64,000 nt of DNA from Squalus acanthias (GCA_030390025.1 CM059432.1:10912001-10976000); one strand, 5' to 3'; shown: positions 37,959 to 50,142, numbered from the stretch's first letter. The notes: generated from the letters alone by a model not told the origin. Program-made: numbers and translations.

Positions 37959-38749
37959 TCTCAAGCTAACTGGAATAACTTTGCTGTTTTTGCTGCTTGT
38001 TGCATGCACACAGGAATGAAAAGTGAACTCCCTTTTCCCCTCCCCAGCGTCATCTGATATCTCCCGAGACCAACCAGCAACCTGCTTACTAATAAACCTT
38101 GGATGGAAGGCTTTATAAAATTACATTTTTTTCCCCCCCCTGTTTGCTAGTGTTTTTTTCCCCCTGAATAAGTTTGACATTGTTCTGAAACAGTCGGTAT
38201 CAATGTGCAGGACACTCAGAGGAGAGGCGCATGTTGCTTTTACATTATAGAAGCAGGCTTGGAATAAATCTATTTTGCATCTTCTGTAGCCATGTGTATA
38301 TATAACATTTAAGATGACAATAAAAATCACTTCCTTTATTAAAAAAAAAATTTAAGGAAAACACTGCAAAAGTATTAAGGCTGAAAGGTGAATAGAGTTT
38401 AACTAAATTGATTTAGAGATGCATAAACAGCAACTGCACACATAATGACGCCACGCATGCTGTGAGCACTCCAATGTTTGTATTCATAAATATTGTGTTC
38501 ACATAATGATGCAGGAACTGTTTGAAAATACAGGTGAAAGATAGTTAAAGGGCATTGAACTGTTGCATGGGATTGCCTTACTGTGGTCAGTTTCCTGAAC
38601 CAAGAACCCGGTGTTTCAGTTTGTTTATTTTTTTTTTAGGCATGTGTACCTTTCATTTTCTTATATTCACCACTTTTTCTCTTTGTCTTCTGTTCTTTTT
38701 TCTCCCATTTTTATCTCTCACCTGTGTGTTCCCGTCTACATCGTTTCAG

Positions 38750-38957
38750 GTATTTCTTTCCCCCTTCGGACCATGCTCGGGCTGGATCAAGATGGTCCAG
38801 TTATGCCCAGCCTCTTCCTCTTCCTCCTCCTCCTCCTCCTTCTATGGCAGAACAGTCTTGTGATGCTGATACAACCCACCTTCAGTATCGTAACCCTCAC
38901 AGTCGATACTCCTCCAGAACTCTTAATTCCTTGCCAGAGAATGAGGGGGTGCAATAA
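38750..38957 (+). CDS. SEH1L: SEH1L long terminal exon (proline-rich C-terminus)
   Basis: CAG acceptor after a pyrimidine tract; RYFFPPSDHARAGSRWSSYAQPLPLPPPPPPSMAEQSCDADT...LPENEGVQ*, resembling the human long isoform. Confidence 0.93.
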
Positions 38958-39610
38958 AAAAAAAAGGCCTACTTATGCAGAGCTGGTAATTGTGTATGTT
39001 TCTGCTAACTTATTTTCACCTTTCCTCACTTCTACTGTACAGAGTAAGTTTCTCAATAGATGGTTTGTTGGATTAGTTCTGTCATTCGTGTATATGAATT
39101 GTGTAGATAATCTGATGTTGAAAAATCTCTCTTAAATCAAACCAGCAGCTCCAAAATACTCAAGATTGGAAAGCTGCAATTGACAACTGTATACGATGAC
39201 AGCTAGTAGACCAAGTTAAATGGAAAGAGTTGTGGTGTGCCTTAGAAATGCCTACTGTTAATTGATTTTTAATGGAGATTAATCTGTATCCTAAGCGAAT
39301 TTTGAAAGAAATACACATTTTTGAAATTATTTGACCATATCAATTTTTGTTAAATATAATTTCTTGTGTTATGTTTGAGAGAAAATTCTGTATGTTTTAA
39401 ATGTTACCGACCTCAAATGGAGTGGTGCATGCAGTGTGCCTGTTGGCAAGATGATCATGGAAGCTGTGCTGGTATTTGCCATTCCAGTGTTTGAGCTGAA
39501 GTACACCACCATGCAGTCAGCGTTTTGCTAAATATTTGTACAGGCAGCGGTACAGAATTAAACTGAATAATGGATTGAGTGTAAAATTAGTTACACGTTT
39601 TCGTTAAAAC

Positions 39611-39616
39611 AATAAA
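39611..39616 (+). terminator. Candidate distal SEH1L polyadenylation signal
   Basis: AATAAA at the end of ~650 bp of repeat-free AT-rich 3'UTR, followed by a GT-rich tract. Confidence 0.5.
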
Positions 39617-39764
39617 GACATATGCAAACAACTGACTTGATTATAATTTGTGTGTGCACGCACGCATGTGGGGGGGGCATGTCAGTAATCAAGTCACTGA
39701 GTATTGATCCCTCATTCAATAGATTTTACTTAATATTATTTGTCTTTTAAGTAGCATAACTTTT

Positions 39765-40390
39765 TTTTATTCGTTCATGGGATGTGGGCAGCACTGGCAA
39801 GGCGAGCCTTTATTGCCCATCCTTAATTGCCCTTGAGAAGGTGGTGGTGAGCCGCCTTCTTGAACCGCTGCTGTCCATGTGGTGAAGGTACTCCCACAGT
39901 GCTGTTAGGGAGGGAGTTCCAGGATTTTGATCCAGCGACGATGAAGGAACGGCGATATATTGCCAATTCAGGATGATGTGTAACTTGGAGGAGAACTTGC
40001 AGGTGATGGTGTTCCCATGCGCCTGCTGCCCTTGGCCATTATAGGTGGTAAAGATCGCGGGTTTGGGAGGTGCTGCCGAAGAAGCCTTGGCAAGTTGCTG
40101 CAGTGCATCTTGTAGATGGTACACACTGGAGCCACGGTGCGCCGGTGGTGGAGGGAGTGAATGTTTAAGGTGGTGGATGGGGTGCCAATCAAGCGGGCTG
40201 CTTTGTCCTGGATGGTGTCGAGTTTCTTGAGTGTTGTTGGAGCTGCACTCATCCAGGCATGTAGAGAGTATTCCATTACTCTCCTGACTTGTGCCTTGTA
40301 GATAGTAGAAAGGCTTTGGGGAATCAGGAGATGAGACACTCGCTGCAGAATACCCAGCCTCTGACCTCTCTATTTAATGTGGCTGGTCCC
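39765..40390 (-). mobile_element. Non-LTR retrotransposon 3' end (clade uncertain); related tails at ~49730-49920 and ~53740-53925
   Basis: STIYKAQVRRVMEYS..AWMSAAPTTLKKLDTIQDKAARLIG plus a 3'UTR shared among copies. Confidence 0.75.
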
Positions 40391-40607
40391 CAAAACTGCT
40401 GGTAGACCCATCCTACAATACCAGCAGCTGCAGCCAGAGAGAAAAATGGGAGCTGTGGTCAAGGGCTGAAGGCTGCAAGGTTACTTTAGGTTTTGGGATT
40501 AAAGTTTAGAGATAGATTTTAAATTTAGAGTTGGGGTTAGGATAAACATATGGGGTTATGGTTAGGAATTAATAGTTGAGGTTATGGTTAGGGGTGATTA
40601 AAAAAAA

Positions 40608-41035
40608 ACACTTGCATTTATATAGCGCCTTTCACGACCACGGGATGCCCCAAAGTGTTTTACAGCCAATGGAGTACTTTTTGACATGTAGTCACTGCTG
40701 TAATTTGCGCACAGCAAGCTCCCACAAACAACAATGTGATAATGGCCAGATAATCTGTTTCAGTGATGTTGATTGAGGGATAAATATTGGCCAGGACACC
40801 AGGGATAACTCCACTGCTCTTCTTCGAAATAGTGCCGTGGGATTTTTACACCCACCTGAGAGCAGACGGGGCCTTGGTTTAACGTCTCATTGAAAGACAG
40901 CGCCTGCGACAGTGCAGCACTCCCTCAGTACTGCACTGGAGTGTCCTAGATTTTTGTGCTCAAGTCTCTGGAGTGGGACTTGAATCCACAACCTTCTAAC
41001 TCAGGCGAGAGTGCTACCCACTGAGCCACAGCTGA
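40608..41035 (-). mobile_element. Same SINE family
   Basis: Sequence match to other copies. Confidence 0.85.
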
Positions 41036-41458
41036 ATGAATTAGAGGTTTGGGTTTCGGAGAAATGGGGATTTACAACGTTGTGTATTGTACGTTTTCAG
41101 TGCCTTGGGACGTTTTACTAGGTTAAATGCGCTATTTAAATAAGTTGTTGGTGTACGAGATCTGAGCTGGAATCTACTCCGTCACCTCCGCGTTGCCTAC
41201 AGAAACCGCCATTGAAAGCGCACTGTCACTAAACGCCTCCATTATTCTCATGACCCAGCCCACCTGGCCTCTCCATCCCCGGAAGCTTTTTAAAAATGTT
41301 ATTTTATATATATATATTGTCAGTTTTTGGGGAGCGGAGTGGAGATTTTATGAACATGAACATGAACTTGTGTGTACTCGAGACAAACAACTGGCTTGTC
41401 CTGGGACAATTCGATGCGTATAAAATATAAGAAACTATAAATTGTTTTAATGAAAACA

Positions 41459-41675
41459 TGATGCCGATGTTGGACTGGGGTGGACAAAAGTGAGAAGTCG
41501 CACAACACCAGGTTATAGTCCCAACAGTTTTATTTGAAATCACAAGCTTTCGGAGCTGCTGCTCCTTCGTCAGGTGAAGTGCACTTTACCTGAGGAAGGA
41601 GCGGCGCTCCGAAAGCTTGTGATTTCAAATAAAACTGTTGGGACTATAACCTGGTGTTGTGCGACTTCTCACTTT
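41459..41675. mobile_element. Palindromic Penelope pLTR remnant (family 1)
   Basis: Near-perfect palindrome 41487-41675 matching the pLTR end of the 56854 element; flanks AATGAAAACA and AGTGAAAACA. Confidence 0.9.
41540..41577 (-). ncRNA. Minimal hammerhead ribozyme motif (partner on plus strand, 41586-41622)
   Basis: UCAC-CUGACGA-A-GGAGC(AGCA)GCUCC-GAAA-GCUU-GUGA. Confidence 0.75.
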
Positions 41676-41749
41676 AGTGAAAACAAATCACGGAGAAGGG
41701 GACGATAGCGAGAAAGTGGTTCTGATGCCTTATTATGAAGAGTGGTGCA

Positions 41750-42600
41750 GCTGCGGATGGAAAGCCAAGTTCAGAGTGGTTTTATTGGCGGTTTGCTCGG
41801 GTTCCGCCTTCGAATGAGCGTGCGCTGCGCTGCGCTAATAACGGACAAACGTTCTACGTTCTAATCCCGCGCTCAAACGCTAATAACGGACAAACGTTCT
41901 ACGTTCTAATCCCGCGCTCAAACGCTAATAACGGACAAGCGTTCTACGTTCTAATCCCGCGCTCAAACGCTAATAACGGACAAGCGTTCTACGTTCTAAT
42001 CCCGCGCTCAAACGCTAATAACGGACAAACGTTCTACGTTCTAATCCCGCGCTCAAACGCTAATAACGGACAAACGTTCTACGTTCTAATCCCGCGCTCA
42101 AACGCTAATAACGGACAAACGTTCTAATCCCGCGCTCAAACGCTAATAACGGACAAGCGTTCTAATCGCGCGTTCAAACGGACAAGCGTTCTAATCGCGC
42201 GCGCGCTCCGTCCTCTTTCCTCTGTCTCAACCGCCCTGACGACAACGGGGCGAAGCGGGGTAAGGCTCTCGCGACTCTGCCCGGTGAAGGGCCGGTTGTT
42301 TCTGTGGGGGTGGGGTGGGGTTTGAGTGGGGAAAGCTCGCGGCTTGTTGCTGAGGTGACGTGAGCGGGAGCGAGACAGAGCGCGCGGCAGACGCGCGCAC
42401 GACGATTGGAAACGCCCCCTCCCCCCGGCTCAGCGGCCGCAGCTCAGAGAGAGAGAGAGAGAGAGCGGCCTTCGAGTGTTGCTGGAGATTTCCTACCTTT
42501 GGGAAGTAGTGGGTGGTGAGGGGGGCCTACTTGTCCAGGCGTCTCTTCGGGCAAAAAAAATAAAATCCGAGTAAGCCGTCTGTATGTAGAATGGTAAGTA
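41750..42600 (+). promoter_or_regulatory. CEP192: CpG-island promoter and non-coding first exon(s) of CEP192
   Basis: CpG-dense; TGACGT (~42357), ATTGG reverse CCAAT box (~42405), candidate donors GG|GTAAGG (42260) and ATG|GTAAGT (42594). Confidence 0.7.
41834..42205. repeat. 45-bp tandem repeat in the CEP192 promoter
   Basis: GCTAATAACGGACAA(A/G)CGTTCTACGTTCTAATCCCGCGCTCAAAC x6 plus shortened units. Confidence 0.96.
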
Positions 42601-43732
42601 TTCCCCGAGCTTTTAAAAAAAAAGTTTTGAAGAATGATCTGCCATTGGATTTCTGCTTTATTTTTGTGTGTGTTCCACAATAATGTTTCCCCCCCCCCCC
42701 CCCTGTAACTCTGCTGAAATGTGTTTTTTTGTGTTATAATCCTGTAACTCTCGGCAAAACACAAAACCCTGCGGTTTAGTTTGCAGCACTAACGATAATG
42801 CACTTTATCTGAACTTTTTTTTAAGGCAGCGAGTGGGTAGGATCTGGAATGCACTGCCTGATAGGGTGGTGGAGGCAGACTCAATAGTAGCCTTCAAAAG
42901 GGGAATTGGATAAATACTTGGAAGGAGAAAGAATTGCAGGAATATGGGGAAAGAGCCTGGGGGGGGGGGGGGAGTGCGACGAACTGGATTGCTTACTTCG
43001 AAAGAGCCGGCGCGGACTTGATGGGCTGAGTGGCCTCCTTTCATGCTGTGCTATTCTATGATTTGAAGGAGGATGATCAAAAGCTTGGTCAAAGAAGTGG
43101 TGTTAAGGGAGAGAATTAACAGCATTAGGCCTCAGCCCAGGTGAGGTAGCCAGTGGCGAGGTGAATGGAGGGGTGTGCACAAGAGAGCAGAGTCAGAGTT
43201 TGGGAGGAGTGGGGTAGTTGTGGAGATGGGGCGGCGCAAAGACATGAAGATGACAGCTAGTTACTTGGAGCACACCTATAAAAGCTGTATCTCCCCCCAC
43301 CCCCCCCCCCCCCCCCCAAAAAAATACTGGAGGCAGCAAAATCAATGTTATTAAAAATGTAATAAATAAATCAAGCCATGATGTCTTTTGCAGAAGCCAC
43401 TTGTTACGAGCTGTCATAATTCATTTTGTGCAGGTACAAAATGAATGGTTGACCCTTTTTTCTTTCTTTTTGGGTAAGTTACTGTGGCCCAAACAATTGT
43501 ATTTGACGTAGCAGCTTTCTTGTGACAGAGTATCTTGCAAAGTGCAAACAGTAACTTTACAAATTTTGGGGGGAAAAAAAGAAAAATTATTCTTGCAATC
43601 AACTTTTTTGAAACTTGGATGGGAAAACTGCATAATGTGAAGTTTATTCTACTTGTTACCTAGTCCCTTGAGTTCTGAATGTGATAGACCAGGGATCCAA
43701 CTTGCTTAATTTCATTTTTTTCTAAATTTAAG

Positions 43733-44070
43733 TACATAAGAATTAGGAGCCGAAGTAGACCATATGGCCCCTCGGGCCTGCTCCGCCATTCATTAAGATC
43801 ATGGCTGATCATCTACCTCAACTCCACTTTCCCGCCCGATCCCCATATCTCTTGATTCCCTTAGTGTCCAAAAATCTATCGAGCTCCGTCTTGAATATAC
43901 TCAACGACTGAGCATCCACAGACGTCTATGGCAGAGAATTCCAAATATTCACAACCCTCTGAGTGAAGAAATTTCTCCTCATCTCAGTCCGAAATGGCCT
44001 GAGTCTATGACCCCTAGTTCTAGACTCTCCAGCCAGGGGAAATCGCCTCTCAGCATTTACCCTGTCAAGG
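43733..44070 (-). mobile_element. CR1 3' fragment
   Basis: Same 3'UTR and ORF end as other copies. Confidence 0.82.
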
Positions 44071-44894
44071 CCTTTAAGGTTTCTGATATTTCTTGGGAAT
44101 TCAGAGCTGGGTCTGTTTTGTGGGCACTTTTGTGCATACTGGGAGAGAATTTCTTAGCTGTCTATCTCTCTCGCTTAATTTCTATGTGCTGGAGAGGACA
44201 TGAATTGCTGGCTGGTGTGTCAATTGTCATTCAGAGATGGATAAATCCCCTTTGTTTAGATGGATCACTTAACGTGTTAGTTCACACAGGTAACAAACAT
44301 TTAATATTGTTTACCATGCTGCAAAAAGGAGATAGACCATATCATTTATGATTGTTTAATGCGCGGGGGTGGGGGGCGGTCTTCAAAGCAAAGAAGAGGG
44401 TATAGCTGTTGCCCAAGAGCTAGGCTCGGGAAGTGACCCAGTGTTTGCCAGGCAGTTGCATGAGCTGTAGCTGGTATAATTGTTCTGGGAATTTGGATTC
44501 ACATCTAATCTTTACTTCACAATACCGTGTTCCAAGTTACAAGAGATTACTGAAGTTTCAAGATGTTTTGTTATGTTGAAATAGGTTTTGTACATTTCTG
44601 CTGCTGTTTTACTATCGCTTTGTGTTATTTCTATATTCATAAACCTGATTTCTAGTTTGTAGCCTGGGATGCACGGTTTGAGTCATTTGTCCATGAATCA
44701 AAGAGAATCGGAGTGTGCCAGGTGGCTCGTGTTTTATGCAATGAGTCTAAAAGGAATACCAGGGGATTATTGTTCGTGTGTAAGTCACATTTCGGTTCAT
44801 AAGCATGTGTTTACTTGTGGCAACGGTCCTTCACGCTCAGCACGAGAAAGTGTATCTGGAGAGTGCCTGAATTATAACAAGAGGTCTTCAATTT

Positions 44895-45297
44895 ATAAGG
44901 TGTCTTATCACGTCCTCAGAAAAGCCAAAAGTGCTTCACAACCAATAAATTACTTTCACGCACAGTCACTGTTGTGTAGGCAAACGTGGCAGCCATTTTG
45001 AGCTTGTCAAGGTCCCATAAACAGTACATGAATGAATGACTAGGTAATCTATTTTTTTAAGGTGTTGATTGAGGGAAGGATGTTAACTAAGAACACTGGG
45101 AGCAGTTCCTGATCTTCAGCTGGTGGTATGGGACCTGTTTAACATCTCATCTGAAAGATGGCACCTCTAACAGTGCTGCATTTCCTCAGTACTGCACTGG
45201 AGTATTATCCTAGATTATGTGTACAAGTCCCTCGTGGGGTTTGAACCCATGACCTTCTGACTCTGGCAAGAGTGCTGCAACTGAGCCAAGCTGACAC
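44895..45297 (-). mobile_element. Older diverged copy of the same SINE family
   Basis: Degenerate match with A and B boxes. Confidence 0.7.
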
Positions 45298-45409
45298 AAG
45301 TAGTAGTAATGAAATCTTGAGGTTTCTATGTTTTCCATCATGTATTTTGTATATCTATTTATTTATTATTTCAATCTTTTGCAGGTGAAGATCAGATGCC
45401 TATAACATA

Positions 45410-45576
45410 ATGGAAAGTGTCAGGAATCTGGAGGATGAGACATTTCCAAGCTTTCTGTTGCAGTCTGTGAGGAGCAGTAGCAGTGAAATGCTGGAAAATG
45501 TCACTGTTTCTTCAAATTTTGGGCTCCCTATGGCTGCGTCAACAGTTGCTAAAAATAAAGCTGATTCGGGCAACAG
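45410..45576 (+). CDS. CEP192: CEP192 first coding exon (acceptor at 45385)
   Basis: MESVRNLEDETFPSFLLQSVRSSSSEMLENVTVSSNFGLPMAASTVAK; resembles recalled human MEDFRGIAEESFPSFL...LENVTLSSNLGLPVAVSTLA; AG|GTGAG donor; syntenic with SEH1L. Confidence 0.93.
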
Positions 45577-46261
45577 GTGAGGTCTTTGTATAACCATGCA
45601 CATTTGTTTGTCTTTGATTCTAACTGGCTTGATTGAAATTCCCTTTAAAATAAAAAATAAAAATCTGTTGAGTGGAAATGCTGATGCCATTACTGAAGGA
45701 CCTGATTTTGAGAACTTTGAGTGAGGCCTGGCCATACGAGTTATTATATTCATGATATTAGTGACTGTCATTCCAGCTGGCTCACATAGTGGAGCTTTAA
45801 CTCTTACAAATCTCAGACATCTACTTGAATTTGCTCAAATTGAAAATTGACTTTGTCTTGCGAGGTTTAGAGAGTGACACTCTGTTTTAAACTAATCAGT
45901 ACTTAATATTCTATATTGGCACAATAGGATCTTAGTCTTTGAGTCAACACTGCATGATACCATTTACAGTAAAGCAGCGCCTTTTGTGAACCATTAACAT
46001 TAAATGCTGCAAGTGTAATTTAATCTGAGGGTTGTGTGATTAGCTTTGCCCTCTTTTTCTGAGACGTTGAAATAACAGCATTATTGCCTCTCACCAAATG
46101 GCTATCCATTTTTATATAATTTTATTCGTCACTAATTGATAGGGTTAGATGAACGGGGGCGGGGGCAGAGGTTCATGTGGAGCAGAAACACCGGCGTAGA
46201 CCTGTTGGGCCGAATGAGCTGTACATTCGATATAATGTGAATTCATATATTTTTCTTGTAG

Positions 46262-46384
46262 AATTCCAGATACTCAAACTTCATACTTGGAAGAAGGAAG
46301 GTTTTCCATCGTGGACACATATCTGCCTAATGTTTCGAATTCGGAAACCTGCAAAAAATTTGCCCTTAGTTTTAAAGATGAACT
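46262..46384 (+). CDS. CEP192: CEP192 coding exon 2
   Basis: IPDTQTSYLEEGRFSIV...FALSFKDE, similar to human YPDIQASYLVEGRFSV; TAG/GTAAG; phase consistent. Confidence 0.9.
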
Positions 46385-47761
46385 GTAAGTATCTGATCAT
46401 TCCCATGTTTTGACAACTTTAATTGCAGCATGTTGATAGGTGCTTATGCAGACAAACATGACAAGAATTCAAACTTATGGTGTCCGGAATATGTATTCTG
46501 GATACAAATGCTAACCTATAAAGCTAAGAAAATCTAACTGCCTCTAAAAAGCTGACAGCTCAAAATGTTGTAAATATAAGTCTATGACTTGTAGTTACAC
46601 TGAAAGTGCAGTGGGACACGGGCTTCACTCTTCTCTGCATTAAATTTCATCTGCCATGTGTCTGCCCATTTCACCAGTCTGTCTGTCCTCCTGAAGTCTG
46701 CTTCTATCCTCCTCCCTGTTTACTACATTTCGAAGTTTTGTGTTATCTGCAAACTTTTAAATTAGGTACCCTATAACCAAGTCCAGGTCATAATATATAT
46801 CAAAAAGAGCAGTGATCCTAATACCGAACCCAGGGGAACACCACTGTATACTTCCCTCCAGTCTGAAAAACAGCCGTTCACCGCTACTCTCTGCTGTCTG
46901 TCTCTTAGCATATTTCAGATCCACGCTGCCATTGCCCCTTTAATCCCATGGGCATCAATTTTGCTAACAAGTCGATTATGTGGCAGACCCTTATGTTTTG
47001 ACTTGTGTAAAGAGGATTTTACCAACCTGTTTGAAGATCCTGTGAAGCTGTATCAGCACAAAAGACCTCAACAAATTAATTTCTTGAACTGTGTAAATTG
47101 GATGCTATTTTGCAACATTTAAAGACAATGTTTGTGGAACAAGAGTGGAAACCCCTTCTGGTTCAGAAGCTTCAAAATAAAATTCCTTGGTCATGTAAAC
47201 AATTAACTTATTAAATTCTATTATTTGACCATAATCAAAACTCTGATGCACATTAATTAACTTAGCTGCCAGATTGAAATGTGTATTCCTGTACCTTGTC
47301 TAAATAGCTAAGAGAAACCAGTGCACTGTAGCTACAAAAAAAGAAGCCATTCAATAAAGTAGTCAGAGTTCTTTGCAGTCTACCAAATATATAATCTCTT
47401 AATGCTGTCGATAATCTCTAATGCTATCTTCGGTGTCTTTGTTACTTAATCACAATCAAAAGGAATGCATTTCACCATGGGATGTACCAGTCCTCCAAAT
47501 ACATCTAGTAGTCCTAGCTGAAGAGTACCATAGACATTCTGCATGCTAGGTGTTTTGCCTGACGAATTTTGGAATAGTAAGGTGAGGGGGAAACTTTGGG
47601 GGAAGAGTTTAAAATTTTGATCAGAGGTAAACCATTATTGAACCTATGATGGTCGATAGCTTGTTAATTTTACAATATAAATGAAGCACTTTTTAAAATA
47701 TACTGAGCTGATGTGAGTACATTTTCTACCATTACAATTCTTCCTGTTTTTTTTTTTACAG

Positions 47762-47934
47762 TGAAAATATTGATGACTTCATTTATGCTCACCGTATTTC
47801 TGATTTGAGGAAAAAGCAATCGGATGAATTTGGTTCTTCCCCCTCAGAAGTAAATCCACAACATGGCTTACCAGGGCAATACAACAATAGACAAGATGCC
47901 AAATTTGGATTATTGTCTACTGAAAATCTGGACG
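47762..47934 (+). CDS. CEP192: CEP192 coding exon 3
   Basis: Open frame ENIDDFIYAHRISDL...STENLD; poly-T CAG acceptor, GTATGT donor; phase 2 to 1. Confidence 0.82.
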
Positions 47935-49307
47935 GTATGTATGTGCAGCCATTCTGAATAGTTCAATGTAGTCACTCTTCAAATTTGGTTTGATAAAAGA
48001 CTGGTTCAAGTGTAAAAGGTAAGCTTTCTTGAAAATAAGTAGTGGATTGAACCATTACGTTCATTCAGTGAAATTAACAAACTGACCAGACCACTGTAAC
48101 CAAATTTGGATCTGAATTAAAAGGAAGAAATTAATTACTACAGTTCAAATTCACTTTTATAAGACATTTTATTACATTTTTTAAAAGCACACTTGCAAGT
48201 GGACGAAAATATGTATAACTAGTTTTTGGTTACACATAGATCATTTATCATGTCAGTTTGCAAACAAGGAGTAGTAAATCATCTATCACTGGTATTGTAA
48301 GTAAAATGATTTGATTGAGCCATTACATTATTTTTGTGTTTAAAAGTGTCTAGTACAGAAATTTTTTTTTCAAATACGTGTTGATCGACTTAGAATTTGA
48401 TATTGCACTGATCTACATTACTTAAATATCCATCTAGTACGCCTTTTACCATCCTGGTTGTTGTTTTATGCTGCATCGACAATGGAGTTGTTGATTAATC
48501 ATGGCAATCAGTCAGTCTACAACAGGCGCCGATATGAGGTGAGGAAAACCCCCAGTGGTGGAAAGCTTTGGGCACCATAGGATCAAAGTCACTTGTTCCT
48601 CCCAAGCATGCTACACTTGCCATGGTGGGATTTGAACTCCTGTCTCCGAATAATTAGTCCAGGCCTCTTGCTTACTAGTCCAGTATCATAACCACTATGC
48701 TACTGTTGCTCATGTACTGTATCCCAAAGTATTATTTGCATGTGCAGCAGTAACGAGACACCAGCTATTTAAAATGTGGCTTTTGTATTTGTTTTAACAT
48801 TCAATCATTGATAAAAATCTGTATAATATATGAAAAATTTTGCATCTGCGTCCACGTCTTGTCCACACTGAGACCCATTGTACTGTTCTTGCTGCTGTCT
48901 AGCTAAAAGCAGCTAACCCCGTGCAGACCAAGGGTTCAACCTGAACCATTCTAGTCTAATAAAGCTTGGTGCTACATCATCCAGTGCATTTACCACCAAA
49001 CTGCTAGCAGAGCTGCTGAACCTTTAAAAATTCATGGTAACTCGGGTACAGTAGCGCAGTGGTTATGTTAGTGGACTACTAATCCAGAGGCCGAGACTAA
49101 TAATCCAAAAAACGCAAGTTAAAATCCCTCCATGACAGTTTGAGAATTTGATTTCAGTTTTAAAAAATAAATAAATAAATCCGGAAATGAAAACATATTT
49201 TTAAAAAAAAAACTGGTTTACTAGTGTCATTTAGGGAAGGAAATGTCTACCTTGCACGTTGTAGCTCCAGTCCCACACCAACATGGTTGGCTCGTAACTG
49301 CCCTCTG

Positions 49308-49731
49308 AAAGACTTGCATTTATATAGCGCCTTTTACAACCAGTGAAGTGCTTTTGAAGTGGAGTCACTGTTGTAATGTGGGAAACTCGGCAGCCAATTT
49401 GCGCACAGCAAGCTCCCACAAACAGCAATGTAATAATGACCAGATAATCTGATTTTGTTATGTTGGTTGAGGGATAAATATTGGCCAGGACACCGGGGAT
49501 AACTCCCCCGATCTTCTTCGAAATAGTGCCATGGGATCTTTTACGTCCACCTGAGAGAGCTCGGTTTAACGTCTCATCCGAAAGACGGCATCTCCGACAG
49601 TGCAGCACTCCCTCAGCACTGCACTGGTGTGTCAGCCTAGCTTTATGTGCTCAAGTCCCTGTAGTGGGACTTGAACCCACAACCTTCTGACTCAGAGGCA
49701 AGTGTGCTACCCACTGAGCCACAGCTGACAC
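49308..49731 (-). mobile_element. Same SINE family
   Basis: Sequence match to other copies. Confidence 0.85.
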
Positions 49732-49985
49732 ATTAAGTGGCCTGCCAAGCCCCTCAGTTGTAGCAAACTGCTTCCATACCTAATAGCATTGTGGAGCACC
49801 TTCCCCACGCGGGCTGCAGTGGTTGAAGAAGGAGGTCCTGCACCTCCACCTCAGCGCAAGTAGAGATGGCCAGTAAAGATCGTCCTTGCCACCAACGGCC
49901 ACATCCTGAGAATGAATGAAGAAATACTTGTAATTTTGTTAAAATATGATCTTGTTTGCTTAGAATGCACTGCTTGCTTTTACAG

Positions 49986-50041
49986 AGATTTCTTCTGGGT
50001 TGGATAGTTTGACTGACCAAACCAAGAATAAAAGAAATAAG
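49986..50041 (+). CDS. CEP192: CEP192 small coding exon 4
   Basis: 56 bp, EISSGLDSLTDQTKNKRNK; supplies the phase 1 to 0 change needed between the flanking exons; CAG/GT. Confidence 0.65.
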
Positions 50042-50142
50042 GTATTTGCTGCCAAAAAGTATAATTGTTTTTCTACATGTAGTATTATTTATTGAAATAT
50101 AGTCTACTTTAAACCAAAGTTTGTTAATTCAAATTATCTGAT

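Noticed and set aside
38555..39135. Hydrophobic ORFs overlapping the SEH1L last exon
   Set aside because: Derived from the polypyrimidine tract and alternative frames of the real exon
40478..40600. Interstitial telomeric repeat
   Set aside because: Only highly degenerate GGTTAG/TTAGG-like words, no TTAGGG array
41735..42127. 130-aa ORF with 15-aa repeats
   Set aside because: Translation of the 45-bp promoter repeat
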